From: Haplodiscus bocki | Lineage: Eukaryota | Reading direction: 5' to 3' | Assembly (NCBI GenBank): GCA_965655095.1 | Contig: OZ296659.1 | Span: 33,790,001-33,854,000, forward strand | Length of the DNA stretch: 64,000 nucleotides | The notes under the pieces: model-generated | Seen by the model: the letters and a program-made list of their open reading frames with translations, nothing else | Databases searched by the model: none | Told to the model about the DNA's origin: nothing | Translations under genes and position numbers: made by a program | Part shown: positions 1 to 13,800 of the stretch, one piece after another | Layout of the letters: the number at the start of each line of letters is the position of its first letter | Numbering within the stretch: position 1 is the first letter of the stretch

Positions 1-1013
1 CTTCAAGTTGGGAATGGAAAGAAAGGAATATACTTCTGACGAAAAAGATTGCGAAACTCTGAACAAGCAACCTTTCTTCTGATCAACTTTGGTCGCAATT
101 TTTTTCTACAATATACGCGTTAAAATTACTTGGAAAGGCAAAAAAATGTCAATCTGTTCAAACGTTTTTTCAAAGACAGCTCATTGATAAGTAAGTTTTA
201 AACATTCATCTTGATAGTGAACAACATGAGAAGTCCAGGGTCGCCTTGCAAGAGAAATTTAGTGTAATGGCTTTAGAAAAGGAAAGTAGGGAGCCGGAAC
301 CAAGAAAACTACCTGCAGCCAAAAATTTTTGCGGCAGAATAGACAGGGTTGTCGCCATTTCAGAGATGTTTGATTTTATTGGTTTTTGCAGAGAAGAGCA
401 AAAATTTTTGCTCATGAAAGATAAATTCACATTATAGAGAGTGAACTGCAGTGAACAAGTTGTTCCAAAGACGATGGCGATAAATGAAAACCAGAGAGTG
501 ATTATTTGTTTCACTGGAATTTTTTTCAGTGGTCGAGTTGAAACTGTGTTCAAGATAACATTGGATGAAAGTGATACAGAAATGGGGAAGAGATAATGCT
601 GCGCCAACACTAGACTATCCTAAGTTCGGAGTCTAGTAAGCGGAATAGAAAGGAATAGACTCAGGGCGTAGCCATGACTCAGTTATTAAAAAGACAAGAA
701 AAAATTTTTACAAATACAGTAAAGGTTCTAGTTGATACGACCATTGAAAATTTTGGTCCAAAGGACTGAATTTTTATAGTCGAAAAGACTGACGAAGTTT
801 ATAGTAGAATCGACAGACGGGTGTTCATGATCCAGAGGGCTGACAAGTTCATAGTTGAATCAACTGAACACAAATTAAGAAATAATTTTTTTTCGTTCTT
901 GAAGATTTTTAAAAAAAAGACATCAAAAAACAGGGCAGAGAGGAGAAAGCAAATGCATTGGAAGAAGAGAGAGAAGAAAAGTGCCAGAGTGGAGGTTGAA
1001 AACTTTGCCAAGG

Positions 1014-1611
1014 TTGACTCTGAGTCTGAGGAGCCCCGTCCGTGTCTGAAACAATTCAATCATGGGATCATGGGACTGACAGACTGAAGGTCCCACCTAA
1101 AAATGAGGATCATCCTGGGAATGATCCTACTTGGTTCCTGATTTTCCAAGTTTTTAATCCAGAACGTTCCCGGTATGGCTCAGGAGTTTGCTCGTATCTT
1201 TGGATTAAAGGTAATTCCGTCTGATTCAAACAGAGCAACCAAAATGCGGCACTCTGTCCTGCTGAACTCCTGGGATTCTTTTTCAGTGGCTCTGCCTTCA
1301 ATGCCCTCAGAAACTTGCATGATGTCTTCCTCTTTTCCAGCAACGGACGTGTTTGTTGACTGGCTGTTCTTAGGAAATTCATTTTGTGTTTCTCTTGCAA
1401 CGGCTGCCAACTTTCGCTTGTTTCTCAATGTTGTCATCTTTTCGAAGCGAAAATCCTAAACAGTAGTGAAGGTTGCAATATTTTGTATTTTTAATTCAAC
1501 TTGTGAGAAAAGCGGAAATTGTGTTTTCAAATGAATAGCTAGTCGTAATCCGTACAATCAACCTAAGAATAGTAGTTTTAAACTTTTCACCTGAGTTTTT
1601 TCGTTTCTCCT
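1014..1611 (-). mobile_element. Gypsy LTR-like fragment carrying a gag-like N-terminus (one per array unit; also ~3782-4385, 6596-7193, 9365-9968, 12179-12782, 14993-15582)
   Basis: The minus ORF MTTLRNKRKLAAVARETQ...QVSEGIEGRATEKESQEFSRTECRILVAL resembles, from recall, the N-terminus of a Gypsy gag family. In B-type units it ends at ...GTCAACATACA (tgtatgttgac at 3782), a CA end typical of an LTR. Confidence 0.6.
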
Positions 1612-1891
1612 TTTTCATCAGATGAAATTGAGGGGAGAGTCAAAAAGAAGCTGTCCCAGGAGTTCAGTAGGGCGGAAAGTTGCATTCTAGGCGCCCTCTC
1701 CCACATTGATGAGTTTCTCCTGAAGCCACTACATCAGGGCCACTTCGACTCTGCCCTGGAGACATTTCAGAACACCTTTGGTAACAACCAGGGACCAAGT
1801 GAGGGCGACTCCCAGGGGGATCCTCATCCTGGAGCAAAATTCTCTCAGACCCAGACCACCCAAAAATCCGGTCCAGATGATCCTTACGACA
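1612..1891 (+). mobile_element. Second, diverged Gypsy LTR/gag N-terminal fragment in the opposite orientation (one per array unit)
   Basis: The + frame from 1621 reads DEIEGRVKKKLSQEFSRAESCILGALSHIDEFLLKP...GDSQGDPHPGAKFSQTQTTQKSGPDDPYD. This is homologous to the minus-strand peptide EGIEGRATEKESQEFSRTECRILVAL...DRSQDDPHP. It ends ...TACGACA at 1891. Confidence 0.65.
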
Positions 1892-4800
1892 ACAATGATT
1901 TTGTTGAACTATACGAAAGATTTGAGTGAAGCCTACAGGCATCTGTAAAAAGTGCTCCTTTTTGTCTTTTTGTTGTATCCCGAAAAAGAATTGGTTAGAA
2001 ATTGGGTTCTAAGATTTGCTTACTTGTTGTGATGGTAACGTTTTGATATTGATGGTATCACTCGGGTATTTTCCAAAGAAGTACTATCAACTTCAAAAGC
2101 TGTATTAGGTTGATTCATTTGCTCTGACAATTGATTGCGTTCCGATTCTCGTTTCCGTAAGGAATGATTTGATGCTTTGAATTTTTTGATATTGCAGTTT
2201 TCAATGATCATTTTTAGCTTGAGTTGGTTCTAGCAAAAGAATATAAAAAATCTTAATGTGATTCAAATGTTGAAGTTCTTATTCTTGTTTTTGTTCAAAA
2301 GTATGTGAGGAAACGTTGAGCTTTGGGTTTGCAATCGGCCAAGTTTTGGGCTCTAAGTTGTTTTTGCATTTCGTGCCAGAGGTGTTTGATCTCAAATAGA
2401 ATCAGTGTTCTATCAGTTTTGCTTGATAGATTAAAAATTTTCAAATTCAGATGCAGGAGTTGATTTGGAACTGACGGACTGTTGTCTATCTGATATGATG
2501 ACATGATTGTTTCAAAGACACTTCATTGGAGCTGGGAATATTTTAACTCAGAGAAATTGAAAACTCCGTATGAAGAAGCAAGGAGCCTTTTTTCTGTAAC
2601 AAGTTGAACTGATGAAGTTTAAGAAAGTTGTATAAGTTTTCTTAGCTCCAACATTCAAAAAATAGCAGAAATCAGGTATCATATAGTTTTTAAAGAATTA
2701 CAAGTTTGCGTGCAACCAAATAGTTAATGGCAGAAAAAATATTTGATGTCCCGTTCGAAAAAAGTGGTGCTAGCAGAAATCAAATGTTTTTCTCAGTCTG
2801 ATTGTTTCTTCAAGTTGGGAATGGAAAGAAAGGAATATACTTCTGACAAAAAAGATTGCGAAACTCTGAACAAGCAACCTTTCTTCTGATCATCTTTGGT
2901 CGCAATTTTTTTCTACAATATACGCGTTAAAAGTACTTGGAAAGGCAAAAAAATGTCAATCTGTTCAAACGTTTTTTCAAAGACAGCTCATTGATAAGTA
3001 AGTTTTAAACATTCATCTTGATAGTGAACAACATAAGAAGTCCAGGGTCGCCTCGCAAAAGAAATTTAGTATAATGGCTTCGGAAAAGGAAAGTAGGGAG
3101 CCGGAAACAAGAAAACTATCTGCAGCCAGAAACATTTGCGGCAGAATAGACAGGGTTATTGCCATTTCAGAGATGTTTGATTTTATTGAATTTTGCAGAG
3201 AAGAGCAAAAACTTTTGCTCTTGAAAGAAAAATTCACAATATTGAGAGTGAACTGCAGTGAAAAAATTGATTATTTGTTTCACTGGAATTTTTTTCAGTG
3301 GTCGAGTTGAAACTGTGTTCAAGATAACATTGGATGAAAGTGATACAAAAATGGGGAAGAGATAATGCTGCGCCAACACGAAAACATTCTAAGTTCGGAC
3401 TCTAGTAAGCGGAATAGAAAGGAATAGACTCAGGGTGTAGCCGGGATTCAGTTTTTAAAAAAGACAACAAAAAAAATTTAGAAATATAGTAAAGGTTTTA
3501 GCTGATACAACCATTGAAAGTTTTAGTCCAAAGGTCTGAAATTTTATAGTCGAAATGACTGACGAAGTTTATAGTAGAAACGACAGACGGGTGTTCATGA
3601 TCCAGAGGGCTGACAAGTTTATAGTTGAATCAAATGAACACATATTAAGAAACAATTTTTTTGGTTCTTGAAGATTTTAAAGAAAGACATCGAAAAACAG
3701 GGCAGACAGGAGAATGCAAAGACATTGGAAGAAGAGAGAGAAGAAAAGTGCCAGAGTGGAGGTTGAAAACTTTGCCGAGGATGTATGTTGACTCTGAGGC
3801 TGAGGAGCCCCGTCTGGGTCTGAATCAATTGAATCATGGGATCATGGGACTGACAGACTGAGGGTCCCACCTAAGGATGAGGATCATCCTGGGAACGATC
3901 CTTTTTGTTGCTGATTTTCCCAGTTTTTTTTCCAGAACGTTCCCAGTATGGCTCAGGAGTGTGCTCGTATCTATGGCTTGAAGATAATTCCGTCTGATTC
4001 AGACAGAGCAACCAAAATGCGGCACTCTTTCCTGCTGAACTCCTGGGTTTGTTTTTCAGTGCCTCTGCCTTCAATGCCCTCAGAAGCTTGCGTGATGCAT
4101 TCTTCATTTCCAGGAACGGACGTGTTTGTTGACTGGCTGTTCTTAGGAAATTCATTTTGTGTTTCTCTTGCAACGGCTGCCAATTTTCGTTTGTTTCTCA
4201 ATGTTGTCATCTTTTCGAAGGGAAAAGTCCTAAACAGTAGTGAAGATTGCATTATTTTGTATTTTTAATTCAACTTGTGAGAAAAGCGGATATTATGTTT
4301 TCAAATGAATAGCTAGTCGTAATCCGTACAATCAACCTAAGAATAGTAGTTTTAAACTTTTCACCTGAGTTTTTTCGTTTCTCCTTTTTCATCAGATGAA
4401 ATTGAGGGGAGAGTCAAAAAGAAGCTGTCCCAGGAGTTCAGTAGGGCGGAAAGTTGCATTTTAGGCGCCCTCTCCCACATTGATGAGTTTCTCCTGAAGC
4501 CACTACATCAGGGCCACTTCGACTCTGCCCTGGAGACATTTCAGAACACCTTTGGTAACAACCAGGGACCAAGTGAGGGCGACTCCCAGGGGGATCCTCA
4601 TCCTGGAGCAAAATTCTCTCAGACCCAGACCACCCAAAAATCCGGTCCAGATGATCCTTACGACAACAATGATTTTGTTGAACTTTACGAAAGATTTGAG
4701 TGAAGCTTACCGGCATCTGTAAAAAGTGCTCCTTTTTGTCTTTCTGTTGTATCCCGAAAAAGAATTGGTTAGGAATTGGGTTATAAGATTTGCTTACTTG

Positions 4801-7800
4801 TTGTGATGGTAACGTTTTGACATTGATGGTATCACTCGGGTATTTTCCAAAGAAGTACCATCAACTTCAACAGCTGTATTAGGTTGATTCATTTGCTCTG
4901 ACAATTGATTGCGTTCCGATTCTGGTTTCCGTACGGAATGATATGATGCTTTGAATTTTTTGATATTGCAGTTTTCAATGATCAGTTTCAGCTGCAGTTG
5001 GTTCTAGCGAAAGAACTTCAAAAAATCTTAATGTGATCCAAATGTTAAAGTTCTTATTCTTGTTTTTGTTCAAAAGTATGTGCGGAAGCATTGAGCTTTG
5101 GGATTGCAATCGTCCAAGTTTTGGGCTCTAAGTTGTTTTTGCATTTCGTACCAGATTTGTTTGATCTCAAATAGAATCAGTGTTCTATCAGTTTTGCTTG
5201 ATAGAATAAAAATTTTCAATTTCAGATGCAGGAGTTGAGTTGGAACTGACGGATTGTTGTCTATCTGATATGATGACATGATTGTTTCAAAGACACTTCA
5301 TTGGAGCTGGGAATATTTTAACTCGGAGAAATTGAAAACTCCGTATGAAGAAGCAAGGAGCACTATTTCTGTAACAAGTTGAACTGATGAAGTTTCAGAA
5401 AGTTGTATAAGTTTTCTTAGCTCCAACATTCAAAAAATAGCGGAAATCAGGTATCATATAGTTTTTAAAGAATTACAAGTTTGCGTGCAACCAAATAGTT
5501 AATGGCAGAAAAAAATATTTGATGTCCCGTTCGAAAAAAGTGGTGCTAGCAGAAATCAAAAGTTTTTTTCAGTCTGATTGTTTCTTCAAGTTGGGAATGG
5601 AAAGAAAGGAATATACTTCTGACGAAAAAGATTGCGAAACTCTGAACAAGCAACCTTTCTTCTGATCAACTTTGGTCGCAATTTTTTTCTACAATATACG
5701 CGTTAAAATTACTTGGAAAGGCAAAAAAAGTCAATCTGTTCAAACGTTTTTTCAAAGACAGCTCATTGATAAGTAAGTTTTAAACATTCATCTTGATAGT
5801 GAACAACATGAGAAGTCCAGGGTCGCCTTGCAAGAGAAATTTAGTGTAATGGCTTTAGAAAAGGAAAGTAGGGAGCCGGAACCAAGAAAACTACCTGCAG
5901 CCAAAAATTTTTGCGGCAGAATAGACAGGGTTGTCGCCATTTCAGAGATGTTTGATTTTATTGGTTTTTGCAGAGAAGAGCAAAAATTTTTGCTCATGAA
6001 AGATAAATTCACATTATAGAGAGTGAACTGCAGTGAACAAGTTGTTCCAAAGACGATGGCGATAAATGAAAACCAGAGAGTGATTATTTGTTTCACTGGA
6101 ATTTTTTTCAGTGGTCGAGTTGAAACTGTGTTCAAGATAACATTGGATGAAAGTGATACAGAAATGGGGAAGAGATAATGCTGCGCCAACACTAGACTAT
6201 CCTAAGTTCGGAGTCTAGTAAGCGGAATAGAAAGGAATAGACTCAGGGCGTAGCCATGAATCAGTTATTAAAAAGACAAGAAAAAATTTTTACAAATACA
6301 GTAAAGGTTCTAGTTGATACGACCATTGAAAATTTTGGTCCAAAGGACTGAATTTTTATAGTCGAAAAGACTGACGAAGTTTATAGTAGAATCGACAGAC
6401 GGGTGTTCATGATCCAGAGGGCTGACAAGTTTATAGTTGAATCAACTGAACACAAATTAAGAAATAATTTTTTTTCGTTCTTGAAGATTTTTAAAAAAAA
6501 GACATCAAAAAACAGGGCAGAGAGGAGAAAGCAAATGCATTGGAAGAAGAGAGAGAAGAAAAGTGCCAGAGTGGAGGTTGAAAACTTTGCCAAGGTTGAC
6601 TCTGAGTCTGAGGAGCCCCGTCCGTGTCTGAAACAATTCAATCATGGGATCATGGGACTGACAGACTGAAGGTCCCACCTAAAAATGAGGATCATCCTGG
6701 GAATGATCCTACTTGGTTCCTGATTTTCCAAGTTTTTAATCCAGAACGTTCCCGGTATGGCTCAGGAGTTTGCTCGTATCTTTGGATTAAAGGTAATTCC
6801 GTCTGATTCAAACAGAGCAACCAAAATGCGGCACTCTGTCCTGCTGAACTCCTGGGATTCTTTTTCAGTGGCTCTGCCTTCAATGCCCTCAGAAACTTGC
6901 ATGATGTCTTCCTCTTTTCCAGCAACGGACGTGTTTGTTGACTGGCTGTTCTTAGGAAATTCATTTTGTGTTTCTCTTGCAACGGCTGCCAACTTTCGCT
7001 TGTTTCTCAATGTTGTCATCTTTTCGAAGCGAAAATCCTAAACAGTAGTGAAGGTTGCATTATTTTGTATTTTTAATTCAACTTGTGAGAAAAGCGGAAA
7101 TTGTGTTTTCAAATGAATAGCTAGTCGTAATCCGTACAATCAACCTAAGAATAGTAGTTTTAAACTTTTCACCTGAGTTTTTTCGTTTCTCCTTTTTCAT
7201 CAGATGAAATTGAGGGGAGAGTCAAAAAGAAGCTGTCCCAGGAGTTCAGAAGGGCGCAAAGTTGCATTTTAGGCGCCCTCTCCCACATTGATGAGTTTCT
7301 TCTGAACCGACTACATCAGGGCCACTTCGACTCTGCCCTGGAGACATTTCAGAACACTTTTGGTAACAACCAGGGAACGAGTGAGGGCGACTCCCAGGGG
7401 GATCCTCATCCTGGAGCAAAAGTCTCTCAGACCCAGACCACCCAAAAATCCGGTCCAGATGATCCTTACGACAACAATGATTTTGTTGAACTATACGAAA
7501 GATTTGAGTGAAGCCTACAGGCATCTGTAAAAAGTGCTCCTTTTTGTCTTTTTGTTGTATCCCGAAAAAGAATTGGTTAGAAATTGGGTTCTAAGATTTG
7601 CTTACTTGTTGTGATGGTAACGTTTTGATATTGATGGTATCACTCGGGTATTTTCCAAAGAAGTACTATCAACTTCAAAAGCTGTATTAGGTTGATTCAT
7701 TTGCTCTGACAATTGATTGCGTTCCGATTCTCGTTTCCGTAAGGAATGATTTGATGCTTTGAATTTTTTGATATTGCAGTTTTCAATGATCATTTTTAGC

Positions 7801-10800
7801 TTGAGTTGGTTCTAGCAAAAGAATATAAAAAATCTTAATGTGATTCAAATGTTGAAGTTCTTATTCTTGTTTTTGTTCAAAAGTATGTGAGGAAACGTTG
7901 AGCTTTGGGTTTGCAATCGGCCAAGTTTTGGGCTCTAAGTTGTTTTTGCATTTCGTGCCAGAGGTGTTTGATCTCAAATAGAATCAGTGTTCTATCAGTT
8001 TTGCTTGATAGATTAAAAATTTTCAAATTCAGATGCAGGAGTTGATTTGGAACTGACGGACTGTTGTCTATCTGATATGATGACATGATTGTTTCAAAGA
8101 CACTTCATTGGAGCTGGGAATATTTTAACTCAGAGGAATTGAAAACTCCGTATGAAGAAGCAAGGAGCCTTTTTTCTGTAACAAGTTGAACTGATGAAGT
8201 TTAAGAAAGTTGTATAAGTTTTCTTAGCTCCAACATTCAAAAAATAGCAGAAATCAGGTATCATATAGTTTTTAAAGAATTACAAGTTTGCGTGCAACCA
8301 AATAGTTAATGGCAGAAAAAATATTTGATGTCCCGTTCGAAAAAAGTGGTGCTAGCAGAAATCAAATGTTTTTCTCAGTCTGATTGTTTCTTCAAGTTGG
8401 GAATGGAAAGAAAGGAATATACTTCTGACAAAAAAGATTGCGAAACTCTGAACAAGCAACCTTTCTTCTGATCATCTTTGGTCGCAATTTTTTTCTACAA
8501 TATACGCGTTAAAAGTACTTGGAAAGGCAAAAAAATGTCAATCTGTTCAAACGTTTTTTCAAAGACAGCTCATTGATAAGTAAGTTTTAAACATTCATCT
8601 TGATAGTGAACAACATAAGAAGTCCAGGGTCGCCTCGCAAAAGAAATTTAGTATAATGGCTTCGGAAAAGGAAAGTAGGGAGCCGGAAACAAGAAAACTA
8701 TCTGCAGCCAGAAACATTTGCGGCAGAATAGACAGGGTTATTGCCATTTCAGAGATGTTTGATTTTATTGAATTTTGCAGAGAAGAGCAAAAACTTTTGC
8801 TCTTGAAAGAAAAATTCACAATATTGAGAGTGAACTGCAGTGAAAAAATTGATTATTTGTTTCACTGGAATTTTTTTCAGTGGTCGAGTTGAAACTGTGT
8901 TCAAGATAACATTGGATGAAAGTGATACAAAAATGGGGAAGAGATAATGCTGCGCCAACACGAAAACATTCTAAGTTCGGACTCTAGTAAGCGGAATAGA
9001 AAGGAATAGACTCAGGGTGTAGCCGGGATTCAGTTTTTAAAAAAGACAACAAAAAAAAATTTAGAAATATAGTAAAGGTTTTAGCTGATACAACCATTGA
9101 AAGTTTTAGTCCAAAGGTCTGAAATTTTATAGTCGAAATGACTGACGAAGTTTATAGTAGAAACGACAGACGGGTGTTCATGATCCAGAGGGCTGACAAG
9201 TTTATAGTTGAATCAAATGAACACATATTAAGAAACAATTTTTTTGGTTCTTGAAGATTTTAAAGAAAGACATCGAAAAACAGGGCAGACAGGAGAATGC
9301 AAAGACATTGGAAGAAGAGAGAGAAGAAAAGTGCCAGAGTGGAGGTTGAAAACTTTGCCGAGGATGTATGTTGACTCTGAGGCTGAGGAGCCCCGTCTGG
9401 GTCTGAATCAATTGAATCATGGGATCATGGGACTGACAGACTGAGGGTCCCACCTAAGGATGAGGATCATCCTGGGAACGATCCTTTTTGTTGCTGATTT
9501 TCCCAGTTTTTTTTCCAGAACGTTCCCAGTATGGCTCAGGAGTGTGCTCGTATCTATGGCTTGAAGATAATTCCGTCTGATTCAGACAGAGCAACCAAAA
9601 TGCGGCACTCTTTCCTGCTGAACTCCTGGGTTTGTTTTTCAGTGCCTCTGCCTTCAATGCCCTCAGAAGCTTGCGTGATGCATTCTTCATTTCCAGGAAC
9701 GGACGTGTTTGTTGACTGGCTGTTCTTAGGAAATTCATTTTGTGTTTCTCTTGCAACGGCTGCCAATTTTCGTTTGTTTCTCAATGTTGTCATCTTTTCG
9801 AAGGGAAAAGTCCTAAACAGTAGTGAAGATTGCATTATTTTGTATTTTTAATTCAACTTGTGAGAAAAGCGGATATTATGTTTTCAAATGAATAGCTAGT
9901 CGTAATCCGTACAATCAACCTAAGAATAGTAGTTTTAAACTTTTCACCTGAGTTTTTTCGTTTCTCCTTTTTCATCAGATGAAATTGAGGGGAGAGTCAA
10001 AAAGAAGCTGTCCCAGGAGTTCAGTAGGGCGGAAAGTTGCATTTTAGGCGCCCTCTCCCACATTGATGAGTTTCTCCTGAAGCCACTACATCAGGGCCAC
10101 TTCGACTCTGCCCTGGAGACATTTCAGAACACCTTTGGTAACAACCAGGGACCAAGTGAGGGCGACTCCCAGGGGGATCCTCATCCTGGAGCAAAATTCT
10201 CTCAGACCCAGACCACCCAAAAATCCGGTCCAGATGATCCTTACGACAACAATGATTTTGTTGAACTTTACGAAAGATTTGAGTGAAGCTTACCGGCATC
10301 TGTAAAAAGTGCTCCTTTTTGTCTTTCTGTTGTATCCCGAAAAAGAATTGGTTAGGAATTGGGTTATAAGATTTGCTTACTTGTTGTGATGGTAACGTTT
10401 TGACATTGATGGTATCACTCGGGTATTTTCCAAAGAAGTACCATCAACTTCAACAGCTGTATTAGGTTGATTCATTTGCTCTGACAATTGATTGCGTTCC
10501 GATTCTGGTTTCCGTACGGAATGATATGATGCTTTGAATTTTTTGATATTGCAGTTTTCAATGATCAGTTTCAGCTGCAGTTGGTTCTAGCGAAAGAACT
10601 TCAAAAAATCTTAATGTGATCCAAATGTTAAAGTTCGTATTCTTGTTTTTGTTCAAAAGTATGTGCGGAAGCATTGAGCTTTGGGATTGCAATCGTCCAA
10701 GTTTTGGGCTCTAAGTTGTTTTTGCATTTCGTACCAGATTTGTTTGATCTCAAATAGAATCAGTGTTCTATCAGTTTTGCTTGATAGAATAAAAATTTTC

Positions 10801-13800
10801 AATTTCAGATGCAGGAGTTGAGTTGGAACTGACGGATTGTTGTCTATCTGATATGATGACATGATTGTTTCAAAGACACTTCATTGGAGCTGGGAATATT
10901 TTAACTCGGAGAAATTGAAAACTCCGTATGAAGAAGCAAGGAGCACTATTTCTGTAACAAGTTGAACTGATGAAGTTTCAGAAAGTTGTATAAGTTTTCT
11001 TAGCTCCAACATTCAAAAAATAGCGGAAATCAGGTATCATATAGTTTTTAAAGAATTACAAGTTTGCGTGCAACCAAATAGTTAATGGCAGAAAAAAATA
11101 TTTGATGTCCCGTTCGAAAAAAGTGGTGCTAGCAGAAATCAAAAGTTTTTTTCAGTCTGATTGTTTCTTCAAGTTGGGAATGGAAAGAAAGGAATATACT
11201 TCTGACGAAAAAGATTGCGAAACTCTGAACAAGCAACCTTTCTTCTGATCAACTTTGGTCGCAATTTTTTTCTACAATATACGCGTTAAAATTACTTGGA
11301 AAGGCAAAAAAATGTCAATCTGTTCAAACGTTTTTTCAAAGACAGCTCATTGATAAGTAAGTTTTAAACATTCATCTTGATAGTGAACAACATGAGAAGT
11401 CCAGGGTCGCCTTGCAAGAGAAATTTAGTGTAATGGCTTTAGAAAAGGAAAGTAGGGAGCCGGAACCAAGAAAACTACCTGCAGCCAAAAATTTTTGCGG
11501 CAGAATAGACAGGGTTGTCGCCATTTCAGAGATGTTTGATTTTATTGGTTTTTGCAGAGAAGAGCAAAAATTTTTGCTCATGAAAGATAAATTCACATTA
11601 TAGAGAGTGAACTGCAGTGAACAAGTTGTTCCAAAGACGATGGCGATAAATGAAAACCAGAGAGTGATTATTTGTTTCACTGGAATTTTTTTCAGTGGTC
11701 GAGTTGAAACTGTGTTCAAGATAACATTGGATGAAAGTGATACAGAAATGGGGAAGAGATAATGCTGCGCCAACACTAGACTATCCTAAGTTCGGAGTCT
11801 AGTAAGCGGAATAGAAAGGAATAGACTCAGGGCGTAGCCATGAATCAGTTATTAAAAAGACAAGAAAAAATTTTTACAAATACAGTAAAGGTTCTAGTTG
11901 ATACGACCATTGAAAATTTTGGTCCAAAGGACTGAATTTTTATAGTCGAAAAGACTGACGAAGTTTATAGTAGAATCGACAGACGGGTGTTCATGATCCA
12001 GAGGGCTGACAAGTTTATAGTTGAATCAACTGAACACAAATTAAGAAATAATTTTTTTTGGTTCTTGAAAATTTTAAAGAAAGACATCGAAAAACAGGGC
12101 AGACAGGAGAAAGCAAAGACATTGGAAGAAGAGAGAGAAGAAAAGTGCCAGAGTGGAGGTTGAAAACTTTGCCGAGGATGTATGTTGACTCTGAGACTGA
12201 GGAGCCCCGTCTGGGTCTGAATCAATTGAATCATGGGATCATGGGACTGACAGACTGAGGGTCCCACCTAAGGATGAGGATCATCCTGGGAACGATCCTT
12301 TTTGTTGCTGATTTTCCAAGTTTTTGTTCCAGAACGTTCCCAGTATGGCTCAGGAGTGTGCTCGTATCTATGGGTTGAAGATAATTCCGTCTGATTCAGA
12401 CAGAGCAACCAAAATGCGGCACTCTTTCCTGCTGAACTCCTGGGTTTGTTTTTCAGTGCCTCTGCCTTCAATGCCCTCAGAAACTCGCGTGATGCATTCT
12501 TCATTTCCAGGAACGGACGTGTTTGTTGACTGGCTGTTCTTAGGAAATTCATTTTGTGTTTCTCTTGCAACGGCTGCCAATTTTCGTTTGTTTCTCAATG
12601 TTGTCATCTTTTCGAAGGGAAAAGTCCTAAACAGTAGTGAAGATTGCATTATTTTGTATTTTTAATTCAGCTTGTGAGAAAAGCGGAAAATATGTTTTCA
12701 AATGAATAACTAGTCGTAATCCGTACAGTCAACCTAAGAATAGTAGTTTTAAACTTTTCACCTGAGTTTTTTCGTTTCTCCTTTTTCATCAGATGAAATT
12801 GAGGGGAGAGTCAAAAAGAAGCTGTCCCAGGAGTTCAGTAGGGCGGAAAGTTGCATTTTAGGCGCCCTCTCCCACATTGATGAGTTTCTTCTGAACCCAC
12901 TACATCAGGGCCACTTCGACTCTGCCCTGGAGACATTTCAGAACACCTTTGGTAACAACCAGGGACCGAGTGAGGGCGACTCCCAGGGGGATCCTCATCC
13001 TGGAGCAAAAGTCTCTCAGACCCAGACCACCCAAAAATCCGGTCCAGATGATCCTTACGAGAACAATGATTTTGTTGAACTTTACGAAAGATTTGAGTGA
13101 AGCTTACCGGCATCTGTGAAAAGTGCTCCTTTTTGTCTTTCTGTTGTATCCCGAAAAAGAATTGGTTAGGAATTGGTTATAAGATTTGCTTACTTGTTGT
13201 GATGGTAACGTTTTGACATTGATGGTATCACTCGGGTATTTTCCAAAGAAGTACCATCAACTTCAACAGCTGTATTAGGTTGATTCATTTGCTCTGACAA
13301 TTGATTGCGTTCCAAATCTCGTTTCCGTAGGGAATGATATGATGCTTTGAATTTTTTGATATTGCAGTTTTCAATGATCAGTTTCAGCTGCAGTTGGTTC
13401 TAGCAAAAGAACTTCAAAAAATCTTAATGTGATCCAAATGTTAAAGTTCTTATTCTTGTTTTTGTTCAAAAGTATGTGCGGAAGCATTGAGCTTTGGGAT
13501 TGCAATCGTCCAAGTTTTGGGCTCTAAGTTGTTTTTGCATTTCGTACCAGATTTGTTTGATCTCAAATAGAATCAGTGTTCTATCAGTTTTGCTTGATAG
13601 AATAAAAATTTTCAATTTCAGATGCAGGAGTTGAGTTGGAACTGATGGATTGTTGTCTATCTGATATGATGACATGATTGTTTCAAAGACACTTCATTGG
13701 AGCTGGGAATATTTTAACTCGGAGAAATTGAAAACTCCGTATGAAGAAGCAAGGAGCACTATTTATGTAACAAGTTGAACTGATGAAGTTTCAGAAAGTT

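Noticed and set aside
206-1010. Repeated 60-134 aa ORFs in the tandem array as a multicopy gene family
   Set aside because: Frames break differently between A and B units and no domain is recognisable. Recurrence only reflects DNA duplication.
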